From positions 18,004 to 82,003 of the forward strand of contig WGMR01000008.1 in assembly GCA_016124955.1 (NCBI GenBank): DNA of 64,000 nt, given 5' to 3'. The translations under genes and the position numbers were made by a program. This DNA comes from Alphaproteobacteria bacterium (GTDB lineage: Bacteria; Pseudomonadota; Alphaproteobacteria; UBA9219; RFNS01). Positions 30,509-41,553 of this stretch are shown here, in pieces (position 1 is the first letter of the stretch; every line of letters starts with the position of its first letter). Under the pieces are notes generated by a model that searched no databases, was not told where the DNA came from, and was given only the letters and a program-made list of their open reading frames with translations.

Positions 30509-31354
30509 TTAAATGTTAGCTATTACGCAACGTTCGATGCCGCTCAAATCGCGCCGCGTGCGTGTGTTTTTCAGCCCCGCGGCGGCCATGATTTCCACGA
30601 CCAAGGCGGCCTGGTCGTGGCCCACCTCCAGCACCGCACAACCTTCCGGCTTCAGCAGCCGGGGCAGGGTTTGCGCGATAGCGCGATAGGCATCGAGCCC
30701 GTCCGCCCCGCCATCGAGCGCGGCGCGCGGGTCGTGCATGCTGACTTCCGGCATCAGCGAAGCAATTTCATCGCTGCGAATATAGGGCGGGTTGCTGACG
30801 ACAAGATCGAACTGTTCTGGCACGCCGCTCGCCCATGCGGTTTCGATGAATTTGGCACGCACATGCAAGCCAAGCGCTTCGGCATTGTCGATCGCCTGTT
30901 CGACCGCGTCCGGCGCCGTATCAGTGCCGAGGCCGGTTGCGCGCGGAAACTCGCTTAAAAGCGCGAGCAACAAACACCCGCTGCCGGTCCCGAGATCGAG
31001 CATGCGCAATTCCCGCCGGTGGTCCGGAAACAGCCCGAGCGCGGCATCGATCAGCGTTTCGCTGTCCTGCCGGGGCTCGAGCGTTGCGCGGTTAAGCCCG
31101 ATCGGCAGGCCCCAGAATTCGCTGTGCCCCATGATGCGGCCGACAGGCTCATGCATCGCCCGCCTCTCGATCAGCGCGGCATAGCCCGCGCGTTCTTCCG
31201 GTGTCAGTTCGCGTGCGCCCTGTGTAAGCAGCGCGAGCCGGTCGGTCTTCAGGCTGAAGGAAGCGAGCAGCTTGGCATCCAGCTCGGCATCCTCGATCCC
31301 GGCTTCATGCAGAACGCGCACGGCAGTGCAAAGGGTTTTGGTCAGTGTCGCCAT
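30509..31354 (-). CDS. prmC: Release factor glutamine methyltransferase
   Basis: LDLGTGSG, SNPPY, ALDGGADGL; 1-bp overlap with prfA. Confidence 0.95.
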   Translation of the reverse strand: MATLTKTLCTAVRVLHEAGIEDAELDAKLLASFSLKTDRLALLTQGARELTPEERAGYAALIERRAMHEPVGRIMGHSEFWGLPIGLNRATLEPRQDSETLIDAALGLFPDHRRELRMLDLGTGSGCLLLALLSEFPRATGLGTDTAPDAVEQAIDNAEALGLHVRAKFIETAWASGVPEQFDLVVSNPPYIRSDEIASLMPEVSMHDPRAALDGGADGLDAYRAIAQTLPRLLKPEGCAVLEVGHDQAALVVEIMAAAGLKNTRTRRDLSGIERCVIANI

Positions 31355-32415
31355 CAGGTCAGCTCGGCAAGCCGTTCGGCTTCGTCATGCGTAATCAGCG
31401 CCTCGATAACCTCGTCCAGCGCTTCGCCGACAATAATCTCATCAATCCTGTACAGCGTCAAATTGATGCGGTGGTCGCTCACGCGCCCTTGCGGGAAGTT
31501 ATAGGTGCGTATGCGCTCCGAACGGTCGCCGCTGCCCACCTGGCTTTTGCGGCTGGCGGCGCGCTCGGTGTCGCGCTTGCTGCGCTCGGCCTCATAGATG
31601 CGGCTGCGCAGCAGCGTCATCGCCTTGGCTTTGTTCTTGTGCTGCGAACGTTCGGCCTGGCATTCCGCTACAACGCCGGTAGGAATATGCGTGATGCGGA
31701 CGGCGCTGTCGGTCGTATTCACATGCTGCCCGCCTGCGCCGGAAGAACGGTAGGTGTCGATCCGCAGGTCTTTTTCATCGATCTTGATGTCAACATCTTC
31801 GGCTTCCGGCAGCACGGCGACGGTGGCGGCCGATGTATGCACGCGGCCCGAAGCCTCGGTCTGCGGCACGCGCTGCACGCGGTGCACGCCGCTTTCGAAC
31901 TTCAGCCGTGCGAACACGCCGCGCCCGGTGATCGAAGCCGAACCTTCCTTCAAGCCGCCGAGATCGGATTCGGAAAGCGTCAATACCTCGAACCGCCAGC
32001 CGCGCACGGCGGCATAGCGCCGGTACATTTCGAATAGCGTGGCGGCAAACAGCGCAGCTTCGTCGCCGCCGGTCCCGGCGCGCACTTCAAGGATCGCGCT
32101 TTTCTCGTCGTCCGCATCCTTGGGCAAAAGCATGCGCTGCACCTGCTTTTCGAGTGCGGGCAACTTTTCCTCAAGCGTCTCAAGCTCGCCCGCCGCCATC
32201 GCCTTCATATCCGGGTCTTTCAGGAGCGCGCGCAAATCTTCCCGCTCCTTGCCCGCGGCGCGCAGCGCACCGATAGCCTCGGCCACGGGGGTCAGATCGG
32301 CATATTCCTTGGAAAGCTTGGTGATTTTCTCGGCCGCCAGCCCCGGCTGGCCGAGCGTGTCGCGCAGCTCGTCATAGCGGGTCAGCAGGCGGTTGAGGGT
32401 GTCTTGCGATATCAT
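31354..32415 (-). CDS. prfA: Peptide chain release factor 1
   Basis: [15 protein letters not shown] (PxT), [17 protein letters not shown]. Confidence 0.97.
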   Translation of the reverse strand: MISQDTLNRLLTRYDELRDTLGQPGLAAEKITKLSKEYADLTPVAEAIGALRAAGKEREDLRALLKDPDMKAMAAGELETLEEKLPALEKQVQRMLLPKDADDEKSAILEVRAGTGGDEAALFAATLFEMYRRYAAVRGWRFEVLTLSESDLGGLKEGSASITGRGVFARLKFESGVHRVQRVPQTEASGRVHTSAATVAVLPEAEDVDIKIDEKDLRIDTYRSSGAGGQHVNTTDSAVRITHIPTGVVAECQAERSQHKNKAKAMTLLRSRIYEAERSKRDTERAASRKSQVGSGDRSERIRTYNFPQGRVSDHRINLTLYRIDEIIVGEALDEVIEALITHDEAERLAELT

Positions 32416-32454
32416 GGGGGCGATTATGCCGATGCCCGCAGCGCTGGCAAGCTG

Positions 32455-33630
32455 CTACTCGGCTGCGTGGACCGCTTGCGGTATCTGTGCCTTTTCGGCC
32501 TCTTGCGCCTTTTCGGCTTCCAGCGAAGCGGCCTTTTCTTCCACCAGCTTTACAAGGTGGGCAACGATATCCTCGTTCTTGAGCCGGTGCGCAGTCGCGC
32601 CGTTCAAATAAACCTGGTGCGTACCTTTACCGCCGCCGGTGAAACCGATATCGGTCATCATTGCTTCGCCGGGGCCGTTCACGACGCAGCCGATCACCGA
32701 AAGCGTCATCGGCGTCGTGATGTGCGCGAGCCGCTCTTCAAGGATGCGCACAGTCTCGATCACGTTGAAATTCTGCCGCGCGCAGGACGGGCATGAAATA
32801 ACGGTCACGCCGCGGGTCCGCAGACCGAGCGATTTCAGCATCTCATAGCCGACGCGGACTTCCTCAACCGGGTCGGCCGAAAGCGAAACCCGAAGCGTAT
32901 CGCCGATCCCGGCCCACAAAAGGGAGCCGAGCCCGATCGCGCTCTTTACCGTGCCGGCACGCAATCCGCCTGCTTCGGTGATGCCGATATGCAGCGGGTA
33001 GTCGCACGCCTCGGCGATGCCCTGATAGGCGGCGATGGCGAGGAAAACGTCGGAGGCCTTGCAGGAAATCTTGAAGTTGCGGAAATCGTGGTCTTCGAGA
33101 ATTTTGGCGTGGTTCAGCGCGCTTTCGACCATCGCATCGGGGCAGGGCTCGCCATACTTCTCAAGCAAATCCTGCTCGAGCGAACCGGCATTGACGCCGA
33201 TGCGCATGGCGCAGCCATGGTCCTTTGCCGCTTGCACAACTTCGCGCACGCGTTCGGCCGAACCGATGTTGCCCGGGTTGATGCGCAGGCACGCGGCGCC
33301 GGCCTTGGCCGCTTCGATCCCGCGTTTGTAATGGAAGTGGATATCGGCGACGATCGGAACATTCACCTGTTTCACGATATCCTTGAGCCCGGCGGTCGAA
33401 GCTTCGTCGGGGCACGAAACGCGCACGATATCGGCGCCGGCTTCTTCCATCTGGCGAATCTGCTCGACCGTCCCCTTGACGTCCGACGTCAGCGTGTTGG
33501 TCATGGATTGGACGGTAATCGGCGCGTCTCCGCCCACGGGCACGTTGCCGACCATGATCTGGCGGCTCTTGCGGCGCTGGATCAGCCGCCAGGGGCGGAC
33601 ATGGGCGATATCTTCATGGCTTGCAGACAT
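32455..33630 (-). CDS. ispG: HMBPP synthase
   Basis: [45 protein letters not shown]. Confidence 0.97.
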   Translation of the reverse strand: MSASHEDIAHVRPWRLIQRRKSRQIMVGNVPVGGDAPITVQSMTNTLTSDVKGTVEQIRQMEEAGADIVRVSCPDEASTAGLKDIVKQVNVPIVADIHFHYKRGIEAAKAGAACLRINPGNIGSAERVREVVQAAKDHGCAMRIGVNAGSLEQDLLEKYGEPCPDAMVESALNHAKILEDHDFRNFKISCKASDVFLAIAAYQGIAEACDYPLHIGITEAGGLRAGTVKSAIGLGSLLWAGIGDTLRVSLSADPVEEVRVGYEMLKSLGLRTRGVTVISCPSCARQNFNVIETVRILEERLAHITTPMTLSVIGCVVNGPGEAMMTDIGFTGGGKGTHQVYLNGATAHRLKNEDIVAHLVKLVEEKAASLEAEKAQEAEKAQIPQAVHAAE

Positions 33631-33717
33631 ATTACAACGTTTTCAACATGTTAGAATTTCACGCGGCGCGTTCCGGGCCGCTATTGCCGCTGTTATAGCC
33701 CTTATGCGGGGGAATTT

Positions 33718-34788
33718 CTAGCGGTTGCCAGCCTCACCGACAACGGAATCGAGGCTGATGTTCCGGGCGATCTGGTTGGGTTTGCCAAGCCGGGGCAGCT
33801 CGTTGCCATCAAAGCTGAGCACAATCCCGCCCGCATTGCCGGTGGTCAGGCGCAGGCCCGGTTCATTCGGCACCCGGTAGCTGTCGCCGCTCTTCAGCAT
33901 GCGGCTGAACAGCTTGTCGCCTTCGCCGTTTTGCACGACAAGCCACGCGTCGCGCTCGGCCCGGATCACAAGCCGCACCTTGGCTTTCGGATCGCCGTAC
34001 ATCTCGCCTGTCGGCGCGGCAGGTTTTTGTGCGGCGGTCTGTTCTTGCGCCTGCGCCGTTTGTGCCTGCGCCGTTTCGGTCTTCTTTACCGCGTCCGAAG
34101 GTTCGCCGATGGTGATGCCTTGCACCTGTTCGGTCTCTTCGCCGGTTTCCGATGCGGTTGTTCCCTCTTCATTCGCGCCTTCCATATCGGTTGCGGCGGC
34201 GATGGCGGCAAGGCCGTCAAGCGCGGATTCCTGTTCGCCGGCTTCGCCGGTCTCGGCGATTTCGGGAAGTGTGGGCGGCGCAATCGTGCTGCGGTCGTCG
34301 GATGAAAAGAAGTGCCACGTGCCGTAAATCAGAAGCGCGAAAACGGCGCTGCCGATCAAAATCGGCATGCTCGGCGTCTTGCCTTCGGCAATCGGTTGCG
34401 GCGGCACGAGCTGCGGCGCGCGGTTGCGACCCTGCATTTCCATGCGGTAATCGTCGAGGATGGCTTCGCCGTCGAGCCCGAGATAGTTGGCATAGGTGCG
34501 CAGGAAACCGACCGTATAGGCGTTCGCGGGCAGCTCGTCATACTGGCCGTTCTCAAGCGCGGCAAGGAAAGCGGCTTTGATGCAAAGTCGCGCGGCAATA
34601 TCCTTGATCGTTTCGCCGCGCGCGTCGCGCGCCGTGCGCAGCCGTTCGCTGATCCGGCGGTAGGAACCAGGCACGGCGGGCGCCTGCGGGATATTTTCCG
34701 CAAGCGACGTCGTGGTCGTGACCTGTTCTTCCTGTTGCCCCTGTCCCTGCGTATTGTGCGGCGGACGGCGGCGTTTGGTTTGCGCCAT
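33718..34788 (-). CDS. rodZ: RodZ-like protein (HTH, TM, DUF4115)
   Basis: LAALENG...GFLRTYANYLGLD, single TM, C-terminal TGNAGG; directly upstream of ispG. Confidence 0.85.
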   Translation of the reverse strand: MAQTKRRRPPHNTQGQGQQEEQVTTTTSLAENIPQAPAVPGSYRRISERLRTARDARGETIKDIAARLCIKAAFLAALENGQYDELPANAYTVGFLRTYANYLGLDGEAILDDYRMEMQGRNRAPQLVPPQPIAEGKTPSMPILIGSAVFALLIYGTWHFFSSDDRSTIAPPTLPEIAETGEAGEQESALDGLAAIAAATDMEGANEEGTTASETGEETEQVQGITIGEPSDAVKKTETAQAQTAQAQEQTAAQKPAAPTGEMYGDPKAKVRLVIRAERDAWLVVQNGEGDKLFSRMLKSGDSYRVPNEPGLRLTTGNAGGIVLSFDGNELPRLGKPNQIARNISLDSVVGEAGNR

Positions 34789-34889
34789 TTGGCTGTTCCT
34801 TGAAACCTTTCCGGGCGCCACAAATAGCAGAAAAAAGGCCGCGATGGCTAGGGTATTTTACGCAGCCCGCGCGCCGGAAAATACGGCGG

Positions 34890-37175
34890 TTATGTCAATA
34901 AAACCCCGTGATCCCTTGCAAAATCGGTCAATTTCTGGCGCAGGCTTGCATCCGGGCGCAGCAATTGCGTGGTAAGGTAATCGCTGAGCGGCTTCACATC
35001 CATGCTGCGGACCATCGCCTTGATCGGCACGAACGCGCTCGGCGATATCGAAAGCATGCGCACCCCAAGCCCGACAAGCGTCATGGCTTCAAGCGGGCGG
35101 CTCGCCATTTCACCGCACACGCTCAGCGATTTGCCGGCGGTGTTGCACATGGCCGCCATTTCGCGGATCAAAAGCAGGAACGCGGGCGACAGCGGGTCAT
35201 AGCGGCGGCTGACAAGCGGGTTGGTGCGGTCGGCGGCGAAGAAATACTGCAACAGATCATTCGAGCCGATTGAAAGAAAATCGACATGCGGCAAAAGGCC
35301 GGGCACCTGCCAGATCAGCGAGGGAACCTCCATCATCAGGCCGATACGCAATTTTTCGGGCACGACCTTGCCGCACGCCGTGCGCCGGTCGATCTCGAGC
35401 TGCAAGATTTTCTTGGATTCGATCAGCTCGGCGATGGTGGCGATCATCGGGAACATCAGGTTGAAGGGGCGCCCGTCGGCCGCTTCAAGGATCGCGCGCA
35501 ATTGCTGGCGCAGCATTGAGGGTCGGTCGAGCCCGATGCGGATCGCGCGCCAGCCGAGCGCGGGGTTTTCCTCGCCCTGATCCGTCTGATAAGGCAGCAT
35601 CTTGTCGCCGCCGACATCAAGCGTGCGGATCGTCAGCGCCTTGCCTTCGGTGCGCGCGAAGGCATAGCGGTATATTTGCGCCTGTTGTTCGACATTGGGA
35701 AAACTGCCGCGCACCATGAAAGGAATTTCGGTGCGGTAAAGCCCGACGCCATCCGCCCCGGTGGGTTGCAGATGATCGAAATCGACCGCCAGCCCGCAAT
35801 TCAGCATCAGCGAAATATCCACTGCGTCGCGCGTCGTGCCGGGCAAATCGCGCAGCTCGTTCAGCATGAAGGCGCGCTCCTGCTTCAACGCCATGCTGTG
35901 CACAAACTGTTCCTGCACGTCTTCGTTCGGGCGCACATAAACGATGCCGCGCGTGCCGTCGATGATAAGCGGGTCGAGCGGCTCGAGCCGCGAAAGAATC
36001 CCGCCGCATTGCCCGATCACGGGTATATCCAGCGCCTTGGCGACAATCGCCACATGGCTGGCCGATGTGCCGCTTTCAAGGATCAGGCCCCTGATTTTCC
36101 GCGTGTCGTAATCCAGCAGTTCGGCCGGGCCCAGCGTGCGCGCAATCAGGATCGCGTCTTCCGGCAGCGTAGAAGCCGCCGTGGTGTGACGGCCGGTCAG
36201 ATGCTGCAGCATGCGCGTCGCAAGGTCGTCGAGATCGGCGGCCTTTTCCTTGATCATCGGGTCGTTGATTTGCGAAAACCGGGCGCTGTAATCGTTCTGC
36301 ACCTTCTGCACCGCTGCTTCGGCGGTCAGGCCTTGCTTGATCGCGTCTTCGTGCTTGGTGAGCCAGCCATGGTCGCTGGCGAACACTTTGTAGGTCTCTA
36401 GAATTTCCCGGCTCTCGCCCTGGATGCCGCCGCTGGAAGTGCCCAGAATTTTATCAAGTTCATTCAGCAGCGCCGCAATCGCTTCGTGCAAGCGTGTGAG
36501 TTCGGCATCCGCGTTGTCCGAAACCATTTCGCGGATCGTGATCTGGGGTTTGTGCAAAACGGCGCGGCCCGCCGCCATGCCGGGGCTTAGGCTAAGGCCT
36601 TCAAGCCGCTGCGGCAGCAAAAGCGGGTCGCCGGCGGGTGAAATTTCGCCGGCGCTGACAAGCTCACCCGCCGCGATCAGCTCGGCCACCACCATGCCGA
36701 TGGTTTCCAGCAATTCGATCTCGTCCTCGCGGTACTGCCGTCTTTCCTTGTGCTGGATCGTCAGAACGCCGCGCACGCGCCCGCCGCGCAAGATCGGCAC
36801 GCCCATCATGGATTGGAACGGTTCTTCGCCCGTTTCCGGGCGGTAGGCGAAGTGCGGATGCGCTTGCGCGTTCGCGAGCGCAAGCGGCTGCATTTTGGCC
36901 GCGATATCGCCGACGATACCTTCGCCGCTGCGCAGCCGGGTTTTGTGCACCGCTTCCTGCCGCAGACCGTGCGTGGCGAACAATTCAAGCACTTCGCCCG
37001 CGCGCATGACGTAACAGGAACAAACATCGGCATGCAGCTCGGCCGCGATCAGATGCACAATTTTATTGAGCCGCACCTCGGCGCTGCCGCTGCCCGCCAT
37101 CACGTCCCGCAGCCGGCGCATCAGGCGCCTTGCGGTCAGGACCGCCCCCTGGAAGGCTGCGGTCAGCAGGTTCAT
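34890..37175 (-). CDS. ptsP: PEP-protein phosphotransferase EI-Ntr (GAF domain)
   Basis: N-terminal GAF, SHVAI phospho-His, GLYRTE, RTLDVGGDK, ENPALGWR, SIGSNDL, CGEMA. Confidence 0.95.
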   Translation of the reverse strand: MNLLTAAFQGAVLTARRLMRRLRDVMAGSGSAEVRLNKIVHLIAAELHADVCSCYVMRAGEVLELFATHGLRQEAVHKTRLRSGEGIVGDIAAKMQPLALANAQAHPHFAYRPETGEEPFQSMMGVPILRGGRVRGVLTIQHKERRQYREDEIELLETIGMVVAELIAAGELVSAGEISPAGDPLLLPQRLEGLSLSPGMAAGRAVLHKPQITIREMVSDNADAELTRLHEAIAALLNELDKILGTSSGGIQGESREILETYKVFASDHGWLTKHEDAIKQGLTAEAAVQKVQNDYSARFSQINDPMIKEKAADLDDLATRMLQHLTGRHTTAASTLPEDAILIARTLGPAELLDYDTRKIRGLILESGTSASHVAIVAKALDIPVIGQCGGILSRLEPLDPLIIDGTRGIVYVRPNEDVQEQFVHSMALKQERAFMLNELRDLPGTTRDAVDISLMLNCGLAVDFDHLQPTGADGVGLYRTEIPFMVRGSFPNVEQQAQIYRYAFARTEGKALTIRTLDVGGDKMLPYQTDQGEENPALGWRAIRIGLDRPSMLRQQLRAILEAADGRPFNLMFPMIATIAELIESKKILQLEIDRRTACGKVVPEKLRIGLMMEVPSLIWQVPGLLPHVDFLSIGSNDLLQYFFAADRTNPLVSRRYDPLSPAFLLLIREMAAMCNTAGKSLSVCGEMASRPLEAMTLVGLGVRMLSISPSAFVPIKAMVRSMDVKPLSDYLTTQLLRPDASLRQKLTDFARDHGVLLT

Positions 37176-38209
37176 GCCCGTGCCCCGCCGTTGCGTTGTT
37201 GCAGCGCGGCCCCGGCCTGCGCCACCAGCTCGGCCAATATCGCGGCGGTTGGCTGGATATCCTTGACCATGCCGACGCTCTGCCCGGCCATCAGCGAACC
37301 GTTCTCCACGTCGCCGTCAATCACGGCCCGGCGCAGCGCGCCCGCCCAGAAATGCTCGATCTCAAGCTGCGCTTCTTCCTTGGTCAGCTTGCCCGCATCG
37401 AACAGCGCGATCACCTCGCGCTGCTTTTCCATGAATTTCTTTACGCCTTCGTTGGCGATGGCGCGCACGGGAATGACGGGGAAGCGCGCATCAAGCTGGA
37501 CCGAAGGCGTGGCGTCGCGCGCCGCGGCGCGGATGAAGGCCTTCTTGAATTTTTCGTGCGCAATACATTCGGCGGCGCAGACAAAGCGTGTGCCGAGCTG
37601 CGCGCCAGCCGCGCCCATTTCAAGGTAGGAAACGATCGCCTCGCCCCGGCCGATACCGCCCGCCACGAACACCGGCACGTCGCGGATGTTGGGCAAGATT
37701 TCCTGCGCCAGGACCGAAGTGCTGACCGGGCCGATATGCCCGCCCGCTTCCATGCCTTCGATCACCAGCGCGTCGGCGCCCATTTTCACCAGCTTTTTGC
37801 CAAGGGAAAGCGCAGGCGTGAAACACATCAGCTTCGCGCCGCTGTCCTTGACCTTCTTGATCGCGGGCACGGGCGGAATGCCGCCTGCCAGCACGACATG
37901 CGTCACCTTTTCCTGTGCGCACACATCAATAAGGTCTTCAAGTTGCGGGTGCAGCGTGATCAGGTTGACGCCGAAAGGTTTTTTCGTAAGTTCGCGCGTG
38001 CCGCGTATCTCGGCGCGCAATATTTCGGCCGGCATCGCGCCGGAAGCGATCACACCGAAGCCGCCGCCGTTCGATATGGCGGCCACAAGGTTGCGTTCGG
38101 AAATCCATGTCATCGCCCCGCCCATGATGGCGAGCTCGGTTCCAAGAAAATCGCGGCCGCGCTGCCATAAGCGTTGCAATGTATTTTCCTGTGACGCCGC
38201 GTTTAGCAT
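37172..38209 (-). CDS. Nitronate monooxygenase / FabK-like flavin oxidoreductase
   Basis: PFGVN, EGMEAGGHIG, VAGGIG, QLGTRF, MAGQSVG; start set to ATG 38209. Confidence 0.88.
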   Translation of the reverse strand: MLNAASQENTLQRLWQRGRDFLGTELAIMGGAMTWISERNLVAAISNGGGFGVIASGAMPAEILRAEIRGTRELTKKPFGVNLITLHPQLEDLIDVCAQEKVTHVVLAGGIPPVPAIKKVKDSGAKLMCFTPALSLGKKLVKMGADALVIEGMEAGGHIGPVSTSVLAQEILPNIRDVPVFVAGGIGRGEAIVSYLEMGAAGAQLGTRFVCAAECIAHEKFKKAFIRAAARDATPSVQLDARFPVIPVRAIANEGVKKFMEKQREVIALFDAGKLTKEEAQLEIEHFWAGALRRAVIDGDVENGSLMAGQSVGMVKDIQPTAAILAELVAQAGAALQQRNGGARA

Positions 38210-38219
38210 GGCAACAATC

Positions 38220-39455
38220 TCATTCCGCATCCAGTCCGTATGTGGTGTGCAGCGTGCGCACCGCCAGCTCGGCATATTCCTCCGCCACCAGCACGCTGAC
38301 CTTGATCTCGGACGTGCTGATAACGTCGATATTGATGCCCTTGGAAGCCAGCGCCTTGAACATGGCGGCGGCCACGCCCGCATGGCTGCGCATGCCGACG
38401 CCAACCACGGAAACCTTGATCACCTTCTTGTCGGTCAAGATTTCCTCGAAGCCCAGATCCTTCTTGTGCTTGGTCAGCGTTTCCAGCGTGCGCTCAACGT
38501 CGCCGCGCCCGACCGAAAAAGTGATATCGGCGAACTTGCCGTCATGCGACGCGCTTTGCACGATCATATCGACATTGACGTTCGCATCGGCCAGCGGCCC
38601 GAACACGGCGGCGGCGATGCCCGGCCGGTCGGCAAGATGGGAAACGGTAATCTTGGCTTCATCGCGGCTGTAGGTCACGCCGGTTACGACATTCTGTTCC
38701 ATGCTCTCATCCTCATGTTTGACCAGTGTACCGGGGTGCTCGCTCCCGAGGGCGTTGTCGAAGGTGGACAGAACCTGCAGCGGCACATTGTGCTTCATCG
38801 CCAGCTCAACCGAGCGGGTCTGCAGCACCTTCGCGCCGAGTGATGCCATCTCCAGCATTTCTTCGTAAGCAACGAACTGCAGCTTGCGCGCGCGCGGCAC
38901 GATCCGCGGGTCGGTGGTATAGACACCGTCCACGTCGGTATAGATATCGCAGCGGTCCGCCTTCAGCGCAGCCGCGAGCGCGACCGCCGACGTGTCGGAG
39001 CCGCCGCGGCCGAGCGTGGTGATGCGGCCTTCGTCCGAAATGCCCTGAAAGCCGGCCAGCACGGCAACCTCGCCGCCCATGATCTGGGTACGCATGGCCT
39101 CGATATCTATGTCGGTGACGCGTGCCTTGCCGTGCGCGCGGTCTGTGTGCATCGGCACCTGCCAGCCTTGCCACGAACGGGCGCGCAATCCGCGTTGCTG
39201 CAACGCCAGCGCCATCAGGCCACTTGTGATCTGTTCGCCGGTCGATACCACGGCATCGTATTCGCGCATGTCATAGAGCGGGCTGATCGCGCGGCAATAG
39301 GCGACCAGCTGGTCGGTTTGTCCGGCCATCGCCGATACGTTCACGGCCACATGGTGCCCCGCCTTGACCTCGGCCGCGACCTTACCGGCAGCATGCTTGA
39401 TGCGTTCGATATCGCCGACCGATGTACCGCCGAACTTAAGAACCAGAAGCGCCAT
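38220..39455 (-). CDS. lysC: Aspartate kinase
   Basis: KFGGTSV, TLGRGGSDTSA, YTDVDGVYTTDP, ACT domains with STSEIK. Confidence 0.97.
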   Translation of the reverse strand: MALLVLKFGGTSVGDIERIKHAAGKVAAEVKAGHHVAVNVSAMAGQTDQLVAYCRAISPLYDMREYDAVVSTGEQITSGLMALALQQRGLRARSWQGWQVPMHTDRAHGKARVTDIDIEAMRTQIMGGEVAVLAGFQGISDEGRITTLGRGGSDTSAVALAAALKADRCDIYTDVDGVYTTDPRIVPRARKLQFVAYEEMLEMASLGAKVLQTRSVELAMKHNVPLQVLSTFDNALGSEHPGTLVKHEDESMEQNVVTGVTYSRDEAKITVSHLADRPGIAAAVFGPLADANVNVDMIVQSASHDGKFADITFSVGRGDVERTLETLTKHKKDLGFEEILTDKKVIKVSVVGVGMRSHAGVAAAMFKALASKGINIDVISTSEIKVSVLVAEEYAELAVRTLHTTYGLDAE

Positions 39456-39569
39456 GGGAATCCGTGCCTGAATGACCGTGCTTGCTATATAAAGGCGCCC
39501 TATCCATACTTGGCGGGCCCCGGCGCCGCAAGCATGTTCGGGGGCACCCGGGCCGGGCAGGAAACTAGC

Positions 39570-40331
39570 ATGAAATCAGCAGCAAAAACCACCGTTGCGA
39601 AGGAAGAAATTGCCCGTTTTGAAGCCCATGCGGGCGATTGGTGGGATGAGGCCGGCCCGTTCCGGCCGCTGCACCGGCTGAACCCCGTTCGCATGCGCTA
39701 TATCCGTGATGCTGCGGTTGCACATTTCGGCCTCGAAGGTGCCGATGCAAGGGTGCCGCTGGCGGGGCTTTCCGCGCTCGATGTCGGTTGCGGCGGCGGG
39801 CTTTTGTGCGAACCGCTGGCCCGGCTCGGTGCCGCTGTGACGGGGATTGACGCCGCACCGGGTGCCATTGCCGCCGCAAGCGCGCATGCGCTGGGCGGCG
39901 ATCTCGATATCAATTACCGTGCCGCCGAAACCACGGATCTCGTCCGCAAGCGGCAAAGCTATGATCTGGTTTGCGCGCTCGAAGTGGCCGAACATGTGGC
40001 CGACCCGGCTGAATTTGTCGCAGATCTTGCGCAACTGGTGCGGCCCGGCGGCTTGCTGGTTATGTCCACCATCAATCGCACGGCGAAAGGGTTCCTGCTC
40101 GGTATCGTGGCGGCGGAATATCTTGTGCGCTGGGTGCCGCGCGGCACGCATCAGTGGCAGAAATTCATTCGCCCGTCCGAACTGGCGGCGATGGCCGAAG
40201 CGCAGGGGCTGCGTGTAGGCGATGTCTGCGGGCTCGTGTTCGATCCGCTGGCGCAGGAATTCCGCCTTTCGCCGCAAGACGTCGATGTTAACTACCTTTT
40301 ATGCGCGGCAAAGCCCGTGCGCGGCGCCTAA
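39570..40331 (+). CDS. ubiG: Ubiquinone biosynthesis O-methyltransferase
   Basis: WWD, LHRLNPVR, LDVGCGGG, STINRT, AEY-x4-P-x-GTH; start ATG 39570. Confidence 0.95.
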   Translation: MKSAAKTTVAKEEIARFEAHAGDWWDEAGPFRPLHRLNPVRMRYIRDAAVAHFGLEGADARVPLAGLSALDVGCGGGLLCEPLARLGAAVTGIDAAPGAIAAASAHALGGDLDINYRAAETTDLVRKRQSYDLVCALEVAEHVADPAEFVADLAQLVRPGGLLVMSTINRTAKGFLLGIVAAEYLVRWVPRGTHQWQKFIRPSELAAMAEAQGLRVGDVCGLVFDPLAQEFRLSPQDVDVNYLLCAAKPVRGA

Positions 40332-41395
40332 GTCACCTTTTCGCTGCCAAGCCCGAAAATTTCACCAAATTTGCGTTCTGCCGTGATTCCCGCGTGAACC
40401 GGTAAGGTATGGTTTGTTTGCAGCCATTCCCGCACGAGCCGCCGCATGCGCTGCATGGCAAAGGGTTGCTTTTCATGCAGCGGTATTTGGCCGTGCGACC
40501 GGGCGCTGCGACACACGCGCTGGAAATAGAGATCGTTGGCCGGGTCGAAGGCATGTTGGCGCATCACGCAGAAACGTTCGTGCATATGAATGAAAAGCTC
40601 GGCCGGTATGGTGCTGCGGCCCGGTATTTGCGCGACATATTTAAAACCCGGCAGCGAAGGCCAATGAGCTTCCGGCGGCGCGCGTTCGTATTCGATATCG
40701 AGCGCGCGCAGTCCCAATACACCGGACCATGCGATCCGCTCGAAACAATCAATGCCGCTGGCATGGTGATCAAGCAGATATTCGCGCGGTGTCACCGCCA
40801 TAGGGTGCAGATGGTTTGTAAAAATGGCAAGTCGTGGCCGCGCATTCGGCTTTATATGCCCAATTCCGGCAAGGTAATTGCGTATGTCGCGCTGCGCTTC
40901 GGCATGCAGGCGATCGAACAGGCGGGGCATGCGCGAACGCGGGCGTATCTGCGCCATGGTTCCATATATCGCGGCGTCGTATTCGGTGCTGATTGCGGGC
41001 GGAATCGGCACGATCAGATAGCTCAGCATGCCAAGTTGGGTTTTTTCCGCCGGATCTTCGGCCACGAACCAGCGATAGGTAAAGGTGCCGTATCGTTCGC
41101 GCACCGCAGATTCGTTCGCGCGGCTTAGCCAGCGGTAAAAGGTTTCTTTTTCCAGCGCGCGCGCGGAATCAAACAGCTCGGTATATAATTCATATGCGCG
41201 ATCGAATTCCGGCCCGGGCCCGGTCACGGACATGAAGCGCAACTTGCTGTAATAGTTTTCATAGTCGCCGTACCGCGCCAACACGCGTGTGCGCTCCGCC
41301 GATGCCATCTCGGCGATTTGCTGTTTGCGCGCATCAATCACGGTAAGCAGACCCCGGATTGTATGCGCTTCAAGGGCGGGCGTATGGGAAAACAT
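40328..41395 (-). CDS. Hypothetical protein, possibly divergent GNAT fold
   Basis: 355-aa ORF fills the ubiG-shc gap; WFVAED...LGMLSY and IRPRSRMPRLFDRL weakly recall GNAT strands/motif A. Confidence 0.55.
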   Translation of the reverse strand: MFSHTPALEAHTIRGLLTVIDARKQQIAEMASAERTRVLARYGDYENYYSKLRFMSVTGPGPEFDRAYELYTELFDSARALEKETFYRWLSRANESAVRERYGTFTYRWFVAEDPAEKTQLGMLSYLIVPIPPAISTEYDAAIYGTMAQIRPRSRMPRLFDRLHAEAQRDIRNYLAGIGHIKPNARPRLAIFTNHLHPMAVTPREYLLDHHASGIDCFERIAWSGVLGLRALDIEYERAPPEAHWPSLPGFKYVAQIPGRSTIPAELFIHMHERFCVMRQHAFDPANDLYFQRVCRSARSHGQIPLHEKQPFAMQRMRRLVREWLQTNHTLPVHAGITAERKFGEIFGLGSEKVT

Positions 41396-41553
41396 GGTGC
41401 CGTTTTCAGCGCAGGATAGTTAAGATTAAGGATTAAAAGGCTTTTTGCCAAAGAATTTAAGGTTAAGAAAGTAACTTTATACTTTTATCCACACCATGAT
41501 TCTCTGTATGTTACGCGCTTCGCCGAACCGGGCCTTATTATAAGGAATTCGCC

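Noticed and set aside
34040..34080. Short coding repeats (RodZ TAQAQ x2; HpnA PQQT x2 near 60485-60515)
   Set aside because: Two-copy low-complexity linker repeats with no array structure.
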